The notes below the pieces were generated by a model that ran no database searches, was not told the origin of the DNA, and saw only the letters and a program-made list of their open reading frames with translations. The position numbers and the translations under genes are program-made. A DNA stretch of 64,000 nucleotides, from contig NC_043008.1 of the NCBI RefSeq assembly GCF_006345805.1, forward strand, positions 7,316,001 through 7,380,000, in the 5' to 3' direction. The stretch is from Octopus sinensis (taxonomy: Eukaryota). Positions within the stretch are counted from its first letter, which is position 1. Every line of letters begins with the position of its first letter. Below are positions 40,440 through 54,538 of the stretch, in pieces.

Positions 40440-41723
40440 GAAATATTATTTTCCGAGAAACAATACCTGCTTGGTGATGGTTTTCTTCGAAGGAATGCAG
40501 AATTTGTGCGTTGCCAGGAAATGTTTTATTAATGTGGACAAAATTTATCAGATTGTGTTGCTGTTACATTCTATCTATATGTCTGAACTGTAATAAAGTT
40601 CCCTCTTCTGTTCCTGAAAAATTGTTATAGTGCAAATCATAAAAATCTTGCTCTTTAAAACCGCTCTTTAGTAGAACAATATTTTTGGGTGAACGGCAGC
40701 CCAGTAAATATATAAGTGCATAATAAGAGGTTACTTATCGCTTCTGCTACTTAATCTATAATAACAATGGCTTAGAATTGTATTATATAATTATGTAATG
40801 TCCTAGTTTGCTTTAATAAGATTATTGCTGTTTTGTTCATAAGTCTCCATTACCATATAGAAATTACTTGGTCATGGGCAGTTTCAGGATAGATTCCATA
40901 AATATGCCAATTAGGTTCTTACAAAACTTATCCATTCCTTTTATAGGCGATGGCTGAAAATAACATTTTTATAATACGTATATAAGGAGTTTCTGTTAGC
41001 TTGTAAGTATAGTATGAAGAATTGTCTTTCATTCCATTCCATTTCCTACTGAAGTGTTAAAAAATTCCTGTTGTCATGATTGTAATCGTATCAATATCTG
41101 AGTTGGTGGTGTTTTTTTTTTTTTACCTGCTCCCCTCCAGACATTCATGACGAGATATATTAATATCGATATTATAGATGTGTTGTTTTTTTTATTGTAA
41201 TATGATACCGTGTTTGTAATCTACTTTACTAAAATACTTCACTGCCACAGCTAATCTGGTACACTTTCTAGCAATGCGAGTTATAGTTATAGATAAGTAT
41301 TTTACTATGAATTATTGCAAACTTCAGCATTCATAGACTTCGATTGACAGTAAAAAAGAAAGCCGAAGCTCTGCCATTGATTTATGCCAAAGAACGAGGA
41401 ACCAAGATACGAAGCGGTCGCTTATGTTTAGTCTGGTGAAGGCGGAACAAGAATAATACGTGATACTCCGAGTGTCTTGGGAGACAATCATCAACTTTAT
41501 ACTAACACAAACATCTATACTAAGACAGATACACATACATGCACGCATTGAAACACACACGCACACAGACCACAGGCACAAAGGCACACAAACACATATA
41601 CATGCACAGAGATACACACACGCACACTCGCATGAACAAAAACACAAGTACATGCGTATGCATAGATGTATATATTAGATCCGACTGGCTAAGTAACACT
41701 AATATATATATAAAGATATAAAA

Positions 41724-41823
41724 TCCCAAGACAAATATGAAGGTATATCAGCCGAAACTTTGTGTTAACACCAAACAAGATGAGGACAAATATCCGTCAA
41801 ATGTAAATAATGTAAATAATGTA
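41724..41823 (+). mobile_element. Solo degraded copy of the family-1 pLTR arm, hammerhead core partly deleted
   Basis: cccaagac...ggtatatcagccgaaactttgtgttaacaccaaacaagatgaggacaaatatccgtcaaatgtaaataatgt matches 2881-2977. Confidence 0.8.
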
Positions 41824-42934
41824 AGCGAATGAAATCTAAGAAAACTCAAAAGAGTAAAACAAATGCAGATTTAACAGAGATGAATTCGTCAACAAAAGGA
41901 GGGGGAAAATGATAAGAGGACAAAGCAGAGACCTTGGGAAATAAAAGATGAACGTGAATATGAAGAGAAATGAAGAAAAAAACGAACTGGGAGCCATACC
42001 TAAGTCAATATTTTTATTGAACATATGTGTGAGTAGATAGTCCACTCTCTAAACAGATAACGCTCAGCATATCTGTATTTCTTGATTACCTCCGATATGA
42101 TATTAGATTTCATTTCAGAATTTTCTTTATCCATTTGCCCTGTTTTGTTTGTGTGTATGTGAGTGTGCGTACATCCATACCTGTTGTGTGTGTGTGTGTA
42201 TGTATCCATGTCCTTTTGTCTGTGTGTGTGCATCCATGCCTTTTTGTGTGTGTGCGTATTGCGAGTGTGTTCAAAACGTGTAGATTTACTACATTCAAAC
42301 CAGATGAAACATTTTTAATGGAGAATTTTAAATGAAGGCGGAAGAATGAACGTAGGAAGGACATTGAACGATAAAGCAACATCACAGAAGTGTTGATATA
42401 CAGAAATCAATGGTGAAATATCGATAATAATTTATTTTCAACGAGTTGGGAAAAAGTTGCATAAATATATATATATATATATGCGTGTATGCGTTTGCGT
42501 GCTTTTATGTATGTGTGTGTATCTGTGTTTGTGTGTGCGTGTGTAAAGAGAGAACGAGAGAGAAAGAAAGTTTAGGCATATTATGAATATATCACATGAA
42601 ATTCTACATTTAAAATAATCGTTATTGTACTTTAGACGCATACATAAGCGAGAATATAGATAGAAGAGAAAAATATCTATATTTCTGCTTACCTAATAAA
42701 GAGATAACAAAATCAAATTTATTATAAACTCGTAGACATGCAGATATTTATATCATAGAAGAAAAACCAAAGAACCCAAAAATAAAAAATAAAAACAGAA
42801 ACAAAAAAACAAATCTATGACCTCATTGCCATTAAAAATTTTATTCTAAAACGTATAAGGAAATTGATTATTATAACTCTTTTCACGCAATATCCTAAGT
42901 CTTGTATAGAAACAATTATTATCAGAGATGCAGA

Positions 42935-42984
42935 GGCTGTTGTGGTTGTTGGTGGTGGTGCTACTACTACTATTATTATTATTA

Positions 42985-43022
<38 letters not shown>

Positions 43023-43338
43023 TATTATTATTGTTGTTGTTATTATTATCGTTGTTATTATTATTATTGTTGTTATTATTATTATTATTGCTATTATCAT
43101 TATTATTATTGTTATTATTATTATTATTAATATTATTATTGTTGTTGTTATTATTATTGTTGTTATTATTATTATTATTGTTATTATTATTATTGTTGTT
43201 ATTATTGTTGTTGTTATTATTATTGTATTATTATTATTATTATTATAATTATTATTATTAATATTATTATTGTTGTTATTATTATTATTGTTATTATTAT
43301 TATTATTGTTATTATTATTATTATTATTGTTATTATTA

Positions 43339-43375
<37 letters not shown>

Positions 43376-43913
43376 TATTATTATTATTATTATCTCAAAA
43401 TATTATTGTCCAATAATTTTGGTTTCTTTTTTGTATTCATATTGATGCGGCAATTGCTTTCGTTATACATGTTGTTCTATTGTTGGTTTTTTATGTTAAT
43501 GCTGCTGTTGTTGCTGTTATTGATGATGATGATGTTGATGATGATGATATTGTTGTTGTTGTTGTTACTGCTGTTCATATAATTGTTCTAGTTATTATCC
43601 GTTGTAATACAAGACAGATTTCGTCTCCGCTTATAATGCGACTCGGTTTCATTGTGTTCGGCGAGGCTGTCCATGGAGTGTGGTATTTGAGACTATAATG
43701 TCACGTCATACTATTTAACGATATTTAACATTCTGAAAGAAAAGTTGTCCATAATGTCGTAAATATCACAGTCATTATTTTACAACCAATTTTCTTAAAT
43801 TACTTTAGTTAAATATAATTACAATCATGTTAGAAGAAGAGATGATGATATAATTAATGTATTTTAATGATTTGGCACCATTGCCAACAAAGCGATCATT
43901 ACTACTACTACTG

Positions 43914-43945
<32 letters not shown>

Positions 43946-44001
43946 GCTACTACTACTACTACTACTACTACCTCTACTACTACCACCACCACCACCAATA
44001 G

Positions 44002-44050
<49 letters not shown>

Positions 44051-44063
44051 TGCTCTCTCACTC

Positions 44064-44107
<44 letters not shown>

Positions 44108-44133
44108 TGATGATTATAATGATAATAATAATA
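42935..44133. repeat. (ATT/GTT)n at 42935-43570 and (CTA/AAT)n at 43900-44133
   Basis: Direct reading. Confidence 0.95.
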
Positions 44134-44529
44134 TGGTATAAAAGATGGACAAGATGGACTACAGCAAATATTCTGCTCAATACCACATATTACTTTGTCA
44201 GTTGTTTGAACTTAACCAGTTGACCTTGTCCCTTAGTGGCTGATGATATGTGCATCTCTGATCACAAGGAGAAGTAACGGGGGAGCATCATAGCCAGGTG
44301 TTGAAAGGAATTCTTGGAGGATTGGATAATTCACCTTTCGAAACATGGGTGGTTCGTTCAACATACTTAAGCAATCCTTATTCAGGGACCTTTTGAGCGG
44401 GATGGGTTACTCGACCACAAGAAAATTCTAACTGGGCCCCACCTGTCACCTGCAAGGTCATGTGCTGTTTATCTTGATATGAGATCACCATGTCGCGCTC
44501 ATATTTGCGCATCAATAGCCACGACATAG

Positions 44530-45170
44530 CCATCCCACCTTTCATAAGGTGTTGACAACAAATGGAGCACCTGATCTGCGGAGTCCGTCGATGATGGAAC
44601 TAGGACAAGTTCACTGTTTCTCAGCTGAACTGTTGAGTACCGTTTTGCTACGTCTTCTGTAACAAATCTGATTTCAATTGTGTCATATTCCTTTAACCCT
44701 CGACAGATAGGTTATGTCTCTCCAAATGGGTTGCAAGCATTTTCAACTGCTTGCTTTGAGGCAGTTTTCAAACTTCTATTTTTTGAAGGTATAGTTTTGT
44801 ACACTAAATTACGCCTGTTTCTATTGTCTATAACATCTGGAGGTGCGTTTATCGAAACACATCTTTCACTTTTTCTTTTTAACGTGTTTCAGTAGACTTT
44901 GAGAGATTCTACAGAATCATTAATGAATTCATTTCTAGGCTTTGTCATTGAAGTAAAAACTCGGCTGTTTAATGCATTGGGTTGTTGGTGGTGTTGTTGA
45001 GTGTTCAATGTGTTAATGCTAGTGGTGGTAGTGAGAGGGCTTGGATTCACAGGTGTTACGACACTTGCAGTGTCCATTAGCAGAATTTCCTTCCTCTTTT
45101 CCTCTTCTTTCTCGCGTTTCTTTTCTTCTTTTTCCGTCTGTTGCTTAGCGTTGCACGTGCTAGCAATACT
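44530..45170 (-). pseudogene. Decayed gag-like/ORF1-like frame, probably from a non-LTR retrotransposon
   Basis: One minus-strand frame runs about 210 codons with only two stops (44889, 44712): ...RCVSINAPPDVIDNRNRRNLVYKT...AVENACNPFGET*PICRGLKEYDTIEIRFVTEDVAKRYSTVQLRNSELVLVPS. A shifted frame then gives PQIRCSICCQH, resembling a zinc knuckle. Confidence 0.45.
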
Positions 45171-45551
45171 TTAGTCCTCTCTCTCCCCCCTGCCTTCTAA
45201 CGCGTGGAAAGGGCGGAGACTATTAATTTTTAAACAGTTTGGCAAAATGAAAGGAAAAACCGGCACTCTTCTCCAAGGACATTTTGAAAATTTTGACATT
45301 GAAAAATAAAACAAAATGAAGAATTTAAATTTAAAAATTCTCCCTGAAAGGAGCAAAACCCCGCCTAAAAACTCAGCTCAGCAAGAGCCCAGTCGGCCTA
45401 GCCACAGGAATACAAAGAAATTTTCAGATACAACAATATTATCTTTAAAAATTGAACAAAAACTTACAGCTCTCGAACAAACGCCCTTCATTTTTGAAAT
45501 CCATGGGAAGGGTCCAATAATAATAATAACGATAATAATCCGTTATACTAT

Positions 45552-45729
45552 GAGCAGAAGGCCTGAAATTTTGGGCAAGGGGACTAGTCGATTACATTAA
45601 TCCCGAGAGGTTGAAAGGTAAAGTCGACCTCGGCCGAAAGGCAAAGTCAAACTCAGAACATAGCGACAGAGAAAATAGTGCTGAGCATTTCGCCAGGTGT
45701 GCTAACGATTCTGCCACATTCCAGCCTTA
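45552..45729 (-). mobile_element. Family A SINE with internal deletion/duplication
   Basis: aaggcctgaaattttggg...aaagtcgacctcggc...aactcagaac...gtgctaacgattctgcca. Confidence 0.8.
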
Positions 45730-45730
45730 G

Positions 45731-45836
<106 letters not shown>

Positions 45837-47088
45837 CAACAACAACAACAACAGCAACAACAACAATAATAATAATAATTATAAGAGAAATAATATATTA
45901 TTGTTGTTGTTGCTGTTATTATTATTATCAACTCTCGTTATATTTCGAGCTGCAACAAATGGTTTTGCAATTAGTGGCAAAAGCGGCTGCAGCAACAGCA
46001 ATAGCAGCAACATCCCGTGACCTGATCATTAATCTATGGTTCCTCCGTTCGTCGATGCTTGTGCTGCTGTCAAACATACTTTTCTTCCAATGTTGATTTT
46101 TTTTTCAGCAGAATGTACTAAAATTGATACTTTACCCGCGTATTCATATCAGCAGGATTCTCTGGCCAATGGCAACTGTTCACACGACACATTCTCACCA
46201 TTATCCTGAATAAGGCCCGTTTCACTCATCAATAGCTTTATCTACGGAATACACATAACATTTTGCGCTTATCTCCCTAACCTTTCACACTTCGCTTAAC
46301 TTATATTTCATTTCTTCGCTTTTGCTGTACACCGTCCGTTTGTTTAGCCTTACTTGCACTCCCGAAACAGGGTAGAGGCCTTATGCTTTTGAGATTCAAT
46401 GGGGATTGTATATGAATGCAGACCCTACCCCATCTGAGATATTGTTGCTGATCATCAATGAGGCTTACCACTTCTATGAGGCCTTGAAATCAAGTCAAAA
46501 ATGCAAATCATCAGCAATCTACCTGGTCGTGAATTTCATGGATTTCCTGTCCATATAATGCAACACCCGCCCGTGGTCCGGAATGTGATGAAAACGTTCT
46601 TTCTAATACTACCTCGTCTCCAAGTTTGCTCCAATGATAGCAACGTTTAACAGAACTCATCTTAAAAGTTTTAAGAAAGCATATGGTAGTCCTTCCTTTA
46701 CGAATTATCAAGTCTGATCTGCGTCATTGTTAACCATTTGCTCTTTGTACAACGGTGTGTTTAATAGACCTCTTGCTGTCTCTGGTAGAGTCATTAGACC
46801 AGGCTAAATACGGAAGATTTCATATATTTTATTCATAAAAAACTCAGCCAGAATATTCTTTCTAATTTCTTGTGTCTCTGGTGGAGGCGATGGCATTGAT
46901 TTTGTCATTGTTCTTACTTTCAGGCTGTTTGTGTTCGATTTTATTCTGGTAGTGACACTGACGATAGAAGTTTTCTTTTTGGTGGTGATAACGATGTTCA
47001 TGTCTCTTTGTCGTTCCATAGTTACAACACTATATGCATGAAGTTCTTTGAAAATTTCGCAACCAATATGTACTTACATGTCTGCGCA

Positions 47089-47135
<47 letters not shown>

Positions 47136-47394
47136 TTATAAATATAAGCATGTATACATACACACATGTGCGTGTGTGGTGGGAGTGTACCATGGAAAGC
47201 AATTTCATGCCTTTACCAGGGAACAAAAAAGTTATTCATCCACTCTCTGCTATCACTTCGGTAACAACATGGTCAACGTTAATATATATTGACAGAACTT
47301 GGGGCCAGATCCCAATGTAATTGAAGACAGCCTGCGAACCAGTAAAAACGAGTGGTGCATAGAGGCAATAAACGTTACGTACGTCTGCACACGC

Positions 47395-47401
47395 AATAAT
47401 A

Positions 47402-47446
<45 letters not shown>

Positions 47447-47473
47447 TATAATAATAATAATATAATAATAATA

Positions 47474-47506
<33 letters not shown>

Positions 47507-47547
47507 AATAATAATATAATAATAATAATAATGAATAATAATAATAA

Positions 47548-47596
<49 letters not shown>

Positions 47597-47680
47597 GTAA
47601 TATAATAATAATAATAATAATATAATAATAATAATAATAGTAATAATAATAATAATAATAATAGTAATAATAATAATATA

Positions 47681-47728
<48 letters not shown>

Positions 47729-47732
47729 TAAT
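47395..47732. repeat. Degenerate (AAT)n tract
   Basis: Direct reading. Confidence 0.95.
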
Positions 47733-49138
47733 GGCACACATGTGTATATGTGTATTTGTGCCTGTTTATCTAAGCGTATGTAAAGAACAAATCAAAACAT
47801 AGAAGTGAGTTTGCATCCCTAATATCAGACTCGGTTCCTATTATGTTCGAATGCAATTCCGAACGAATTTTTCATGCAAATCCAGCAAATTTTCCACTGA
47901 TTAACCTCGAAATAGCATTGCTTTTCGTAGTGATTTTTCATCTTCAACTACACATAGGTGTGTTTTATTTTAATATATTTTTTGTTTTTATTTCCTGTGC
48001 TATTTGCAAACATGATGTTGAAACGACATTTCCTTGTGTGATTAAATGTCTGAGCCATGTGTTTGCATATTTAAAATATATATTCCTCACCTTAATACAC
48101 ATGATTAAGAACTTGTGTCGGTTGTATTCTTTTTAAATACATTCCGCTCGTAACACAGCATTTAACAAGTTTGATATTGGCCGATAGAAAACTATCATAA
48201 TATAACATCAGAGAAGAGAGGAAACGCATAATGAAGGTGTATGTTGTTATGCTTCTAGAAACTGTTTGAATTGTACACGACATGCAACAATTTGTAAAGA
48301 GTCGGAAGTCTTTGAAGCATCCACATGAAAGAACGGTAATAAAGAAAAGAATGGCGAATACAGTAGATGGTAAGCAGGTATAATATGATGGATGGCTTTA
48401 TCTATTCAACTCAACAGAAAATATTCCGTAGTTATTAATGTCTTATTGGAATTTTGCAGATTTATTTTTATAACAGACACCTAGGTGTTTCGAAAACAGG
48501 GGACATATTTAATATATCCCCTAGCTACCATCCATTCCACATAAAGCTGTATGGATGCTCACCTATATACATTTATGCTACATACACGGATGCATATATA
48601 TATATATACACACATATTTGCCGAAAATTATTATATTTGAAATCGTTCAGATTAAATACATTTTGAACTGTCGATGTTTCCTTAGTTGACTAGACTTTAT
48701 AACACTAGACTGTCTTACTGGTATTCATGATTTAGCCTATATCTATCTTGTGTTTCTACATTATCACATAAAGAATAATACATTTCTCAGACTTATTATG
48801 GCAAATGAAAATGGTATTGATAATATTCTTCACTTGACATTATACTTCCAGGAAACTCCGGAATTTTCTGTGGAATCGCTCAAAACTTACCATCAATAAA
48901 TTTCTACGACTGTTTGTTTTCAAAATGAATGTGGGAGCGCAAAGCTGTCTGTTATATGTAACGTTTGAGACTGTTCACTCAATAAAGCATCTGTGTAGAA
49001 TGACTCTTCAAATTTTACTGAATGCTCAGTATAAGTTTACATATGAAGACGTGTCAAGTTATATAAAAGCCAAAATAGAAAGAAATGGATGACATTCACA
49101 TCCATGAAACATAGTTTTATGGTTTTATAGTTTTTAGT

Positions 49139-49730
49139 AGGGCGGCGAGCTGGCAGAATTGTTAGCACGCCGGGCGAAATTCTTAACAGTATTTCGTCTG
49201 CCGTTACGTTCTGAGTTCAAATTCGGCCGAGGTCGACTTTGCCTTTCATCCTTTCGGGGTCGATTAAATAAGTACCAGTTACGCACTGGGGTCGATATAA
49301 TAGACTCAATCCGTTTGTCCCCTCTGTGTTTAGCCCCTTGTGGGTAGTAAAGAAATAGGTATTTTGTCTGCCGTTACATTCTGAGTTCAAATTCCGCCGA
49401 GGTCGACTTTGTCTTTAATCCTTTCGGGGTCGATGAATTAAGTACCAGTTACGCACTGGGGTCGATATAATGAACTTAATCCCTTTGTCTGTCCTTGTTT
49501 GTCCCCTCTGTGTTTAGCCGTTTGTGGGTAGTAAAGAAATAGGTATTTCGTTTGCCGTTACATTTTGATTTCAAATTCCGGCGAGGTCGACTTTGCCTTT
49601 CATCCTTTCGGGGTGGATTAAATAAGTACCAGTTACGCACTGGGGTCGATATAATGGACTTAATCCGTTTGTCTGTCCTTGTATGTCCCCTCTGTGTAGC
49701 TCCACTTGGGCAGTAAAAAAAATAAGAAAC
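49139..49730 (+). mobile_element. Family A SINE trimer (one head plus three body/tail units) with 14-bp TSD
   Basis: Units restart at 49358 and 49542 (184-bp period). TSD ttatagtttttagt at 49125-49138 and 49731-49744. Confidence 0.92.
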
Positions 49731-51170
49731 TTATAGTTTTTAGTGTTCAAATTGAACCTCATTTAAAAGAAATTGTCAGAATTAAATATCACAAATGAAT
49801 GCACAGAATTAGTGAAATAGTGGTGATATTTGAAGTAAACGAAACTAGATGACATTAATTCACCATTGATATTTGTGCCGGATTTCAATGTTTAATAAGG
49901 AAAATAGTCAATAGCGACCAAGGAAACAAAAAAAGTTTGAAGCAAATTGAAGCAAAGTATTAATATGACAAAATATAAAGTAAAGCATACCTCATCAAAA
50001 TCAGAGAGGAAATACAATTTAATACGAAACAAAATAAGCATACTTAACGCAGAGCATGGACATTCTCAGGAAATCGATGGTCAGATAGGAAAGCACTTTA
50101 AACCAATATTCTAAATAGAAATGTAAATGTGGTTGTCACATCTAGGTTAGCAATTAATTACATACAATTAACTAAGAAGTTCAAAGAGAGACAGAAGAGC
50201 GTTTTGTTTTGGTCACACAACCGACACACGTTCATGCACAAACACAAACACACACAAAAACACGCATGTTTACACATTAAATATCATATCTGAGAAAGAC
50301 AGGATTGGTTCAAGTCTATTACTTTGACAATTCGATGAGGCAGTTTAACACGCATCAAAAGACACATGAGTGCAATACTTAGCGCATGCACTAGCGTAAA
50401 CGAGCCACTGACTAACTTCAAGGGGCATCGAAGCACACAGCAGAAAATCGGTATCGAAGTAATTCGAAGAAAAATAGGGAAAAACGAAATGAAATCTTGA
50501 CCAGTGATATATTAATCTATGAATATAAAGCATGAAGTATGATGAACAGCGATTCCCATTGGAACTGGAGCGCGCAAGATCTATATATCAGTGTATGTGG
50601 ACAACTTACACATAAGATTGTCGGAAACATTGATTTACCTAGACTGATTGATCTCAGAGACTAAAACAAAAACACAAATAATATTGATTGGTCCACTTTA
50701 AATGGAACGAAGACTATTTTTAGTTTGGTATGATTTGACATCAGAACGTTCAGAGTATTATTACTAAAGATTATAAAACATTTCGATCGCGCCATCGTAT
50801 TGAGTTAGAATTTTTAGATATATACAATCTGATATTGTCTATTGAAATTAGTGAACGGTAGTAAAAAGACAAATTAAAATAATTTTTTGGGGTGAAGGAA
50901 GAAAAAGAAGTTAGGTGTGGAGACGTTATTGCAGGTTGCATGTATTACAATTCACATGTTATTAAGGACACCGATAAGGTTGTGATGTTAACAGAATCAC
51001 TATGAAGCCCACAGGAAATTTAATCAATTAAGGAACTGAGAAACAATTAGATGAGCTTGGCAATGATTGGAAGCCTTATGATCAAACAAGAGATATATCT
51101 GATAACTAGAGGCATGTGATAAATGGAAAGTTGGCCAGATGCGAGTAGAAGAATATAAAAGGAACTCGGA

Positions 51171-51587
51171 ACTCTTTTACTCTTTTACTTGTTTCAGTCA
51201 TTTGACTGCGGCCATGCTGGAGCACCGCCTTTAGTCGAGCAAATCGACCCCGGGACTTATTCTTTGTAAGCCCAGTACTTCTTCTATCGATCTCTTTTGC
51301 CGAACCGCTAAGTGACGGGGACGTAAACACACCAGCATCGGTTGTCAAGCAATGCTAGGGGGACAAACACAGACACACAAACATATACACACACACTTAT
51401 ATATATATATATATACATATATACGACGGGCTTCTTTCAGTTTCCGTCTACCAAATCCACTCACAAGGCATTGGTCGGCCCGGGGCTATAGCAGAAGACT
51501 ACTTGCCTGAGATGCCACGCAGTGGGTCTGAACCCGCAACCATGTGGTTGGTTAGCAAGCTACTTACCACACAGCCACTCCTGCGCC
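51171..51587 (-). mobile_element. Family B SINE, full length, near consensus
   Basis: Minus strand starts ggcgcaggagtggctgtgtggtaagtagcttgc and ends aagtaaaagagtaaaagagt. Confidence 0.92.
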
Positions 51588-53039
51588 TATTACTGTTCAT
51601 AATATTTGAGAAAATCAAACTATTTGTAAAATTCAATGGAAAATATCAAGACGAGCAACTCATTACTAAGTTGCCATTTCAATACATCAAATTGAAAGAT
51701 GCAGGAGATAAGAAATAAGAGAAAAGACAAAACCATTACAGCAAAACGAAACAAAAGCATTTAATATACAAAATTCACAAAAAAAAGATTTAGGAAAACA
51801 TGAATCATTGAGGGGAAAAAAACGTTTGATAAATAGATAGAGAAATCCTATGTAGCTGGACATGACTGATAAATGTCTGCGTGTATTTCTGATAGGAATC
51901 TCAGTAAAAAAAAATGCTTAGCCTTATATAATAGAAAGCGGGATGACGAAATGTAATATTCAGTATAGAAAACTGGAATTAAATATTTAGCAGAAATAGG
52001 AAGACTAACGTAGAAGAGAACACACCATCAGGCTGACGATCGATAGAACCAAAGAAGAGTACATTCAACGAGCGAAGGGGAATGAATAAGAAAGATAATC
52101 AATGCGATGTCAGTTGAGAAAGAAATATACTGTACGTCCACACTTCCATACAGTTGTGGATAATTCACAACTCACAACCGATACGCGCACACATATAAGC
52201 ACACACATACATACAGTAAAAAGAGGAATACTAAATATAACACATTTACAAGGGAAATAGAGACAAAATAACAGCTTAGTACAAATATTATTCAGTTCTC
52301 CTGATATTCAGTACTACTATTATAATACATCTTAAAATAAGTAACAGAACCAGCAGTTCGGGTGGGTATTGAACCACAATATGGTTAATCATCTTACTGT
52401 TATCGTATCGCAGCATATTTATAGGACAACTATATTCCATGGTTAATATATGAGAATAAAATTAAAGACTATTCTAAGTCAAAAAGAACAGAGCGCAAAT
52501 ATACATCAATTTTTCTATGGAATCATTATTTTTATATAGAAATTTTACATAAAAACAGATGCATTTATCATAAAAGATTCCAAAATGCCCAGGTATGTAT
52601 AGGAAAACATTATTTCACTAAAAAAGAAAAGATGCAACACAGTGACGTAGTTCCATAAATGTTGCTTCAAAAGTGAAAGCAGATAGTGTATGGAATAGCA
52701 AGAAGGTTTCTAAATGTAATGGGCTCAATATCGAAAAAATATCACCATTGGAGATGTAGCATCTTCCCTTGTATATATTTGTATATATGTCGCTTGGAAG
52801 TTACACTCCAAGAACTTTGCAGTTTTGGTTACACAAAACAAGGAGTTATGAGTCTATTATAAATACAAGCTATACCGTCGTACAGGATTACCTAGAGGCA
52901 ATAATAAAATTATACCTACAATATTTGTATTGAAAGAAATTCCTGGGCCAATTTTAGAACATCAAGAAATAAATTTACTTCTTTCTACGTCAAGCGTAAG
53001 GCGCGTCACGAGATGACAACAGATAAGTATTTATATTAA

Positions 53040-53254
53040 AATTATATGAACAATGCAAAACTGCCAGAAATAACAGTTAAAGAAAACAGTTGGAAGGGCA
53101 TAAACCTAAAGTCTGATACACTGCCGTTAACAGGAGCCTCGTGGAGATTAGGTGTTTTTGCTCAATAAGCACTCACAATGCCCGATCTGGGATTCGAAAC
53201 CGCGTTCTTACGACCGCGAGACCACTGCCCTAACCACTGGGCCATTGCGCCTCC
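53040..53254 (-). mobile_element. Further tRNA-derived SINE (family D)
   Basis: Minus-strand head ggaggcgcaatggcccagtggttaggg...ggtttcgaatccc, then ttattgagcaaaaacacct. The 3' extent is approximate. Confidence 0.6.
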
Positions 53255-54504
53255 ACTTGTTGCTGTTGTTGATCCTGTTGGCAATATTATTAGTACTATT
53301 AATTCTATTAAAATTGATATTATTATTACTAATTGTCCCTTAATATCGCCCCTGGACTATAGCCTTTCAGGCAAATACGAAACGCTAATTGTGACTAATA
53401 TCATTATCATTGTTATTATTATTGTTATTTTCATTATTATTACACATTATTTTTAGTCTTATTACTTTTTGAAGATCTATTTCTGTATATATTTATCCAC
53501 TTAATTGGGTGGTCTTTCGAAAGACGAACGTATTTTTTAAGTTCTAATTTTATTTCATATTTGAATTCTTCATCAAATGATCAATATAATCTATGCCAGG
53601 CCATCACCACCACCACCAACCACAACCACAACTATCATCATCACCACCACTAACACTATCGTCACCATTTTGAATTACATCTCCGTAGATTACGATATGT
53701 GTAAGTGGAACTGAATATGCAATTTTTAGCTGCCATTTTGCAAATGTAGGTAAACAGTTCTAATATAATTGGTGCGGTATGTTTTTTGCTAATTATTTCA
53801 ACTTTTGTTCAGCTTCTTTCTTTGGTTACAGTAAAAGTAGGAATATAGAACAGTATTAACATATTGCCCCTGAGCACTGACTGCGACGAAAGTGGGTACT
53901 AGTACTTATTTTTTATATCTTCTAATGATATCCGAATAAAAGTCGACCTAGGACTTTTAACCCTATGTAGGTATGTCTTATTTTCCTCGGTTTCGATAGG
54001 ATCTTTGGGTAACTGTTAGTCATCATTGTTTTACTAATGTTTGAGCAACACAAAAGATGATGACAGGTGTATAAACAACAGGCAGGTGTATTAGTTTAAC
54101 GCTCGAGAATGTGATAAAGTCTTTTACGCTACGTTTTGAGCCTGCACTCTTCAACAGAAAGGAACACGAGGAAATAAAGAGAGAGAGAATAAAAAAACTA
54201 TATATACGTATCATCCTATGATCCAAATGATGCTTTAAATGTCCGACATTTTTAAGACTAATAAATCTCTACTCTGCAAAATATAGAGTAATTCATCAGA
54301 TTAATGTGGTGAAAATATATATATATATATTTTAGTGGATTTTAGCAACGAAAATATTTTGACAAATTAAACTTAAATGTTAAAGTGAATCGAACGGCTT
54401 TTGTGTGTTTCTTAAATGGCTTATAAACACCTTCCACGCTGCAATTGTTTTCGTTTCAGCACACGATCTCAGATCAAATTACTTGCTATGCGAGTACATC
54501 TCCG

Positions 54505-54538
<34 letters not shown>

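Noticed and set aside
46500-47020. Adjacent complex-looking ORFs (46511-46711, 46804-47019) as a receptor pseudogene
   Set aside because: Only vague resemblance to membrane-protein segments, with many stops in all frames and no diagnostic motif.
48231-48375. Possible first coding exon (MKVYVVMLLETV*IVHDMQQFVK...VD followed by GTAAGC), including the idea of TGA recoding by A-to-I editing
   Set aside because: It has an in-frame stop, no recognisable homology and no downstream exon; such motifs arise by chance in 64 kb.
49139-49730. Regularly spaced repeats as a CRISPR-like array
   Set aside because: The units are contiguous 184-bp SINE bodies with no unique spacers and no cas genes, in a eukaryotic context.
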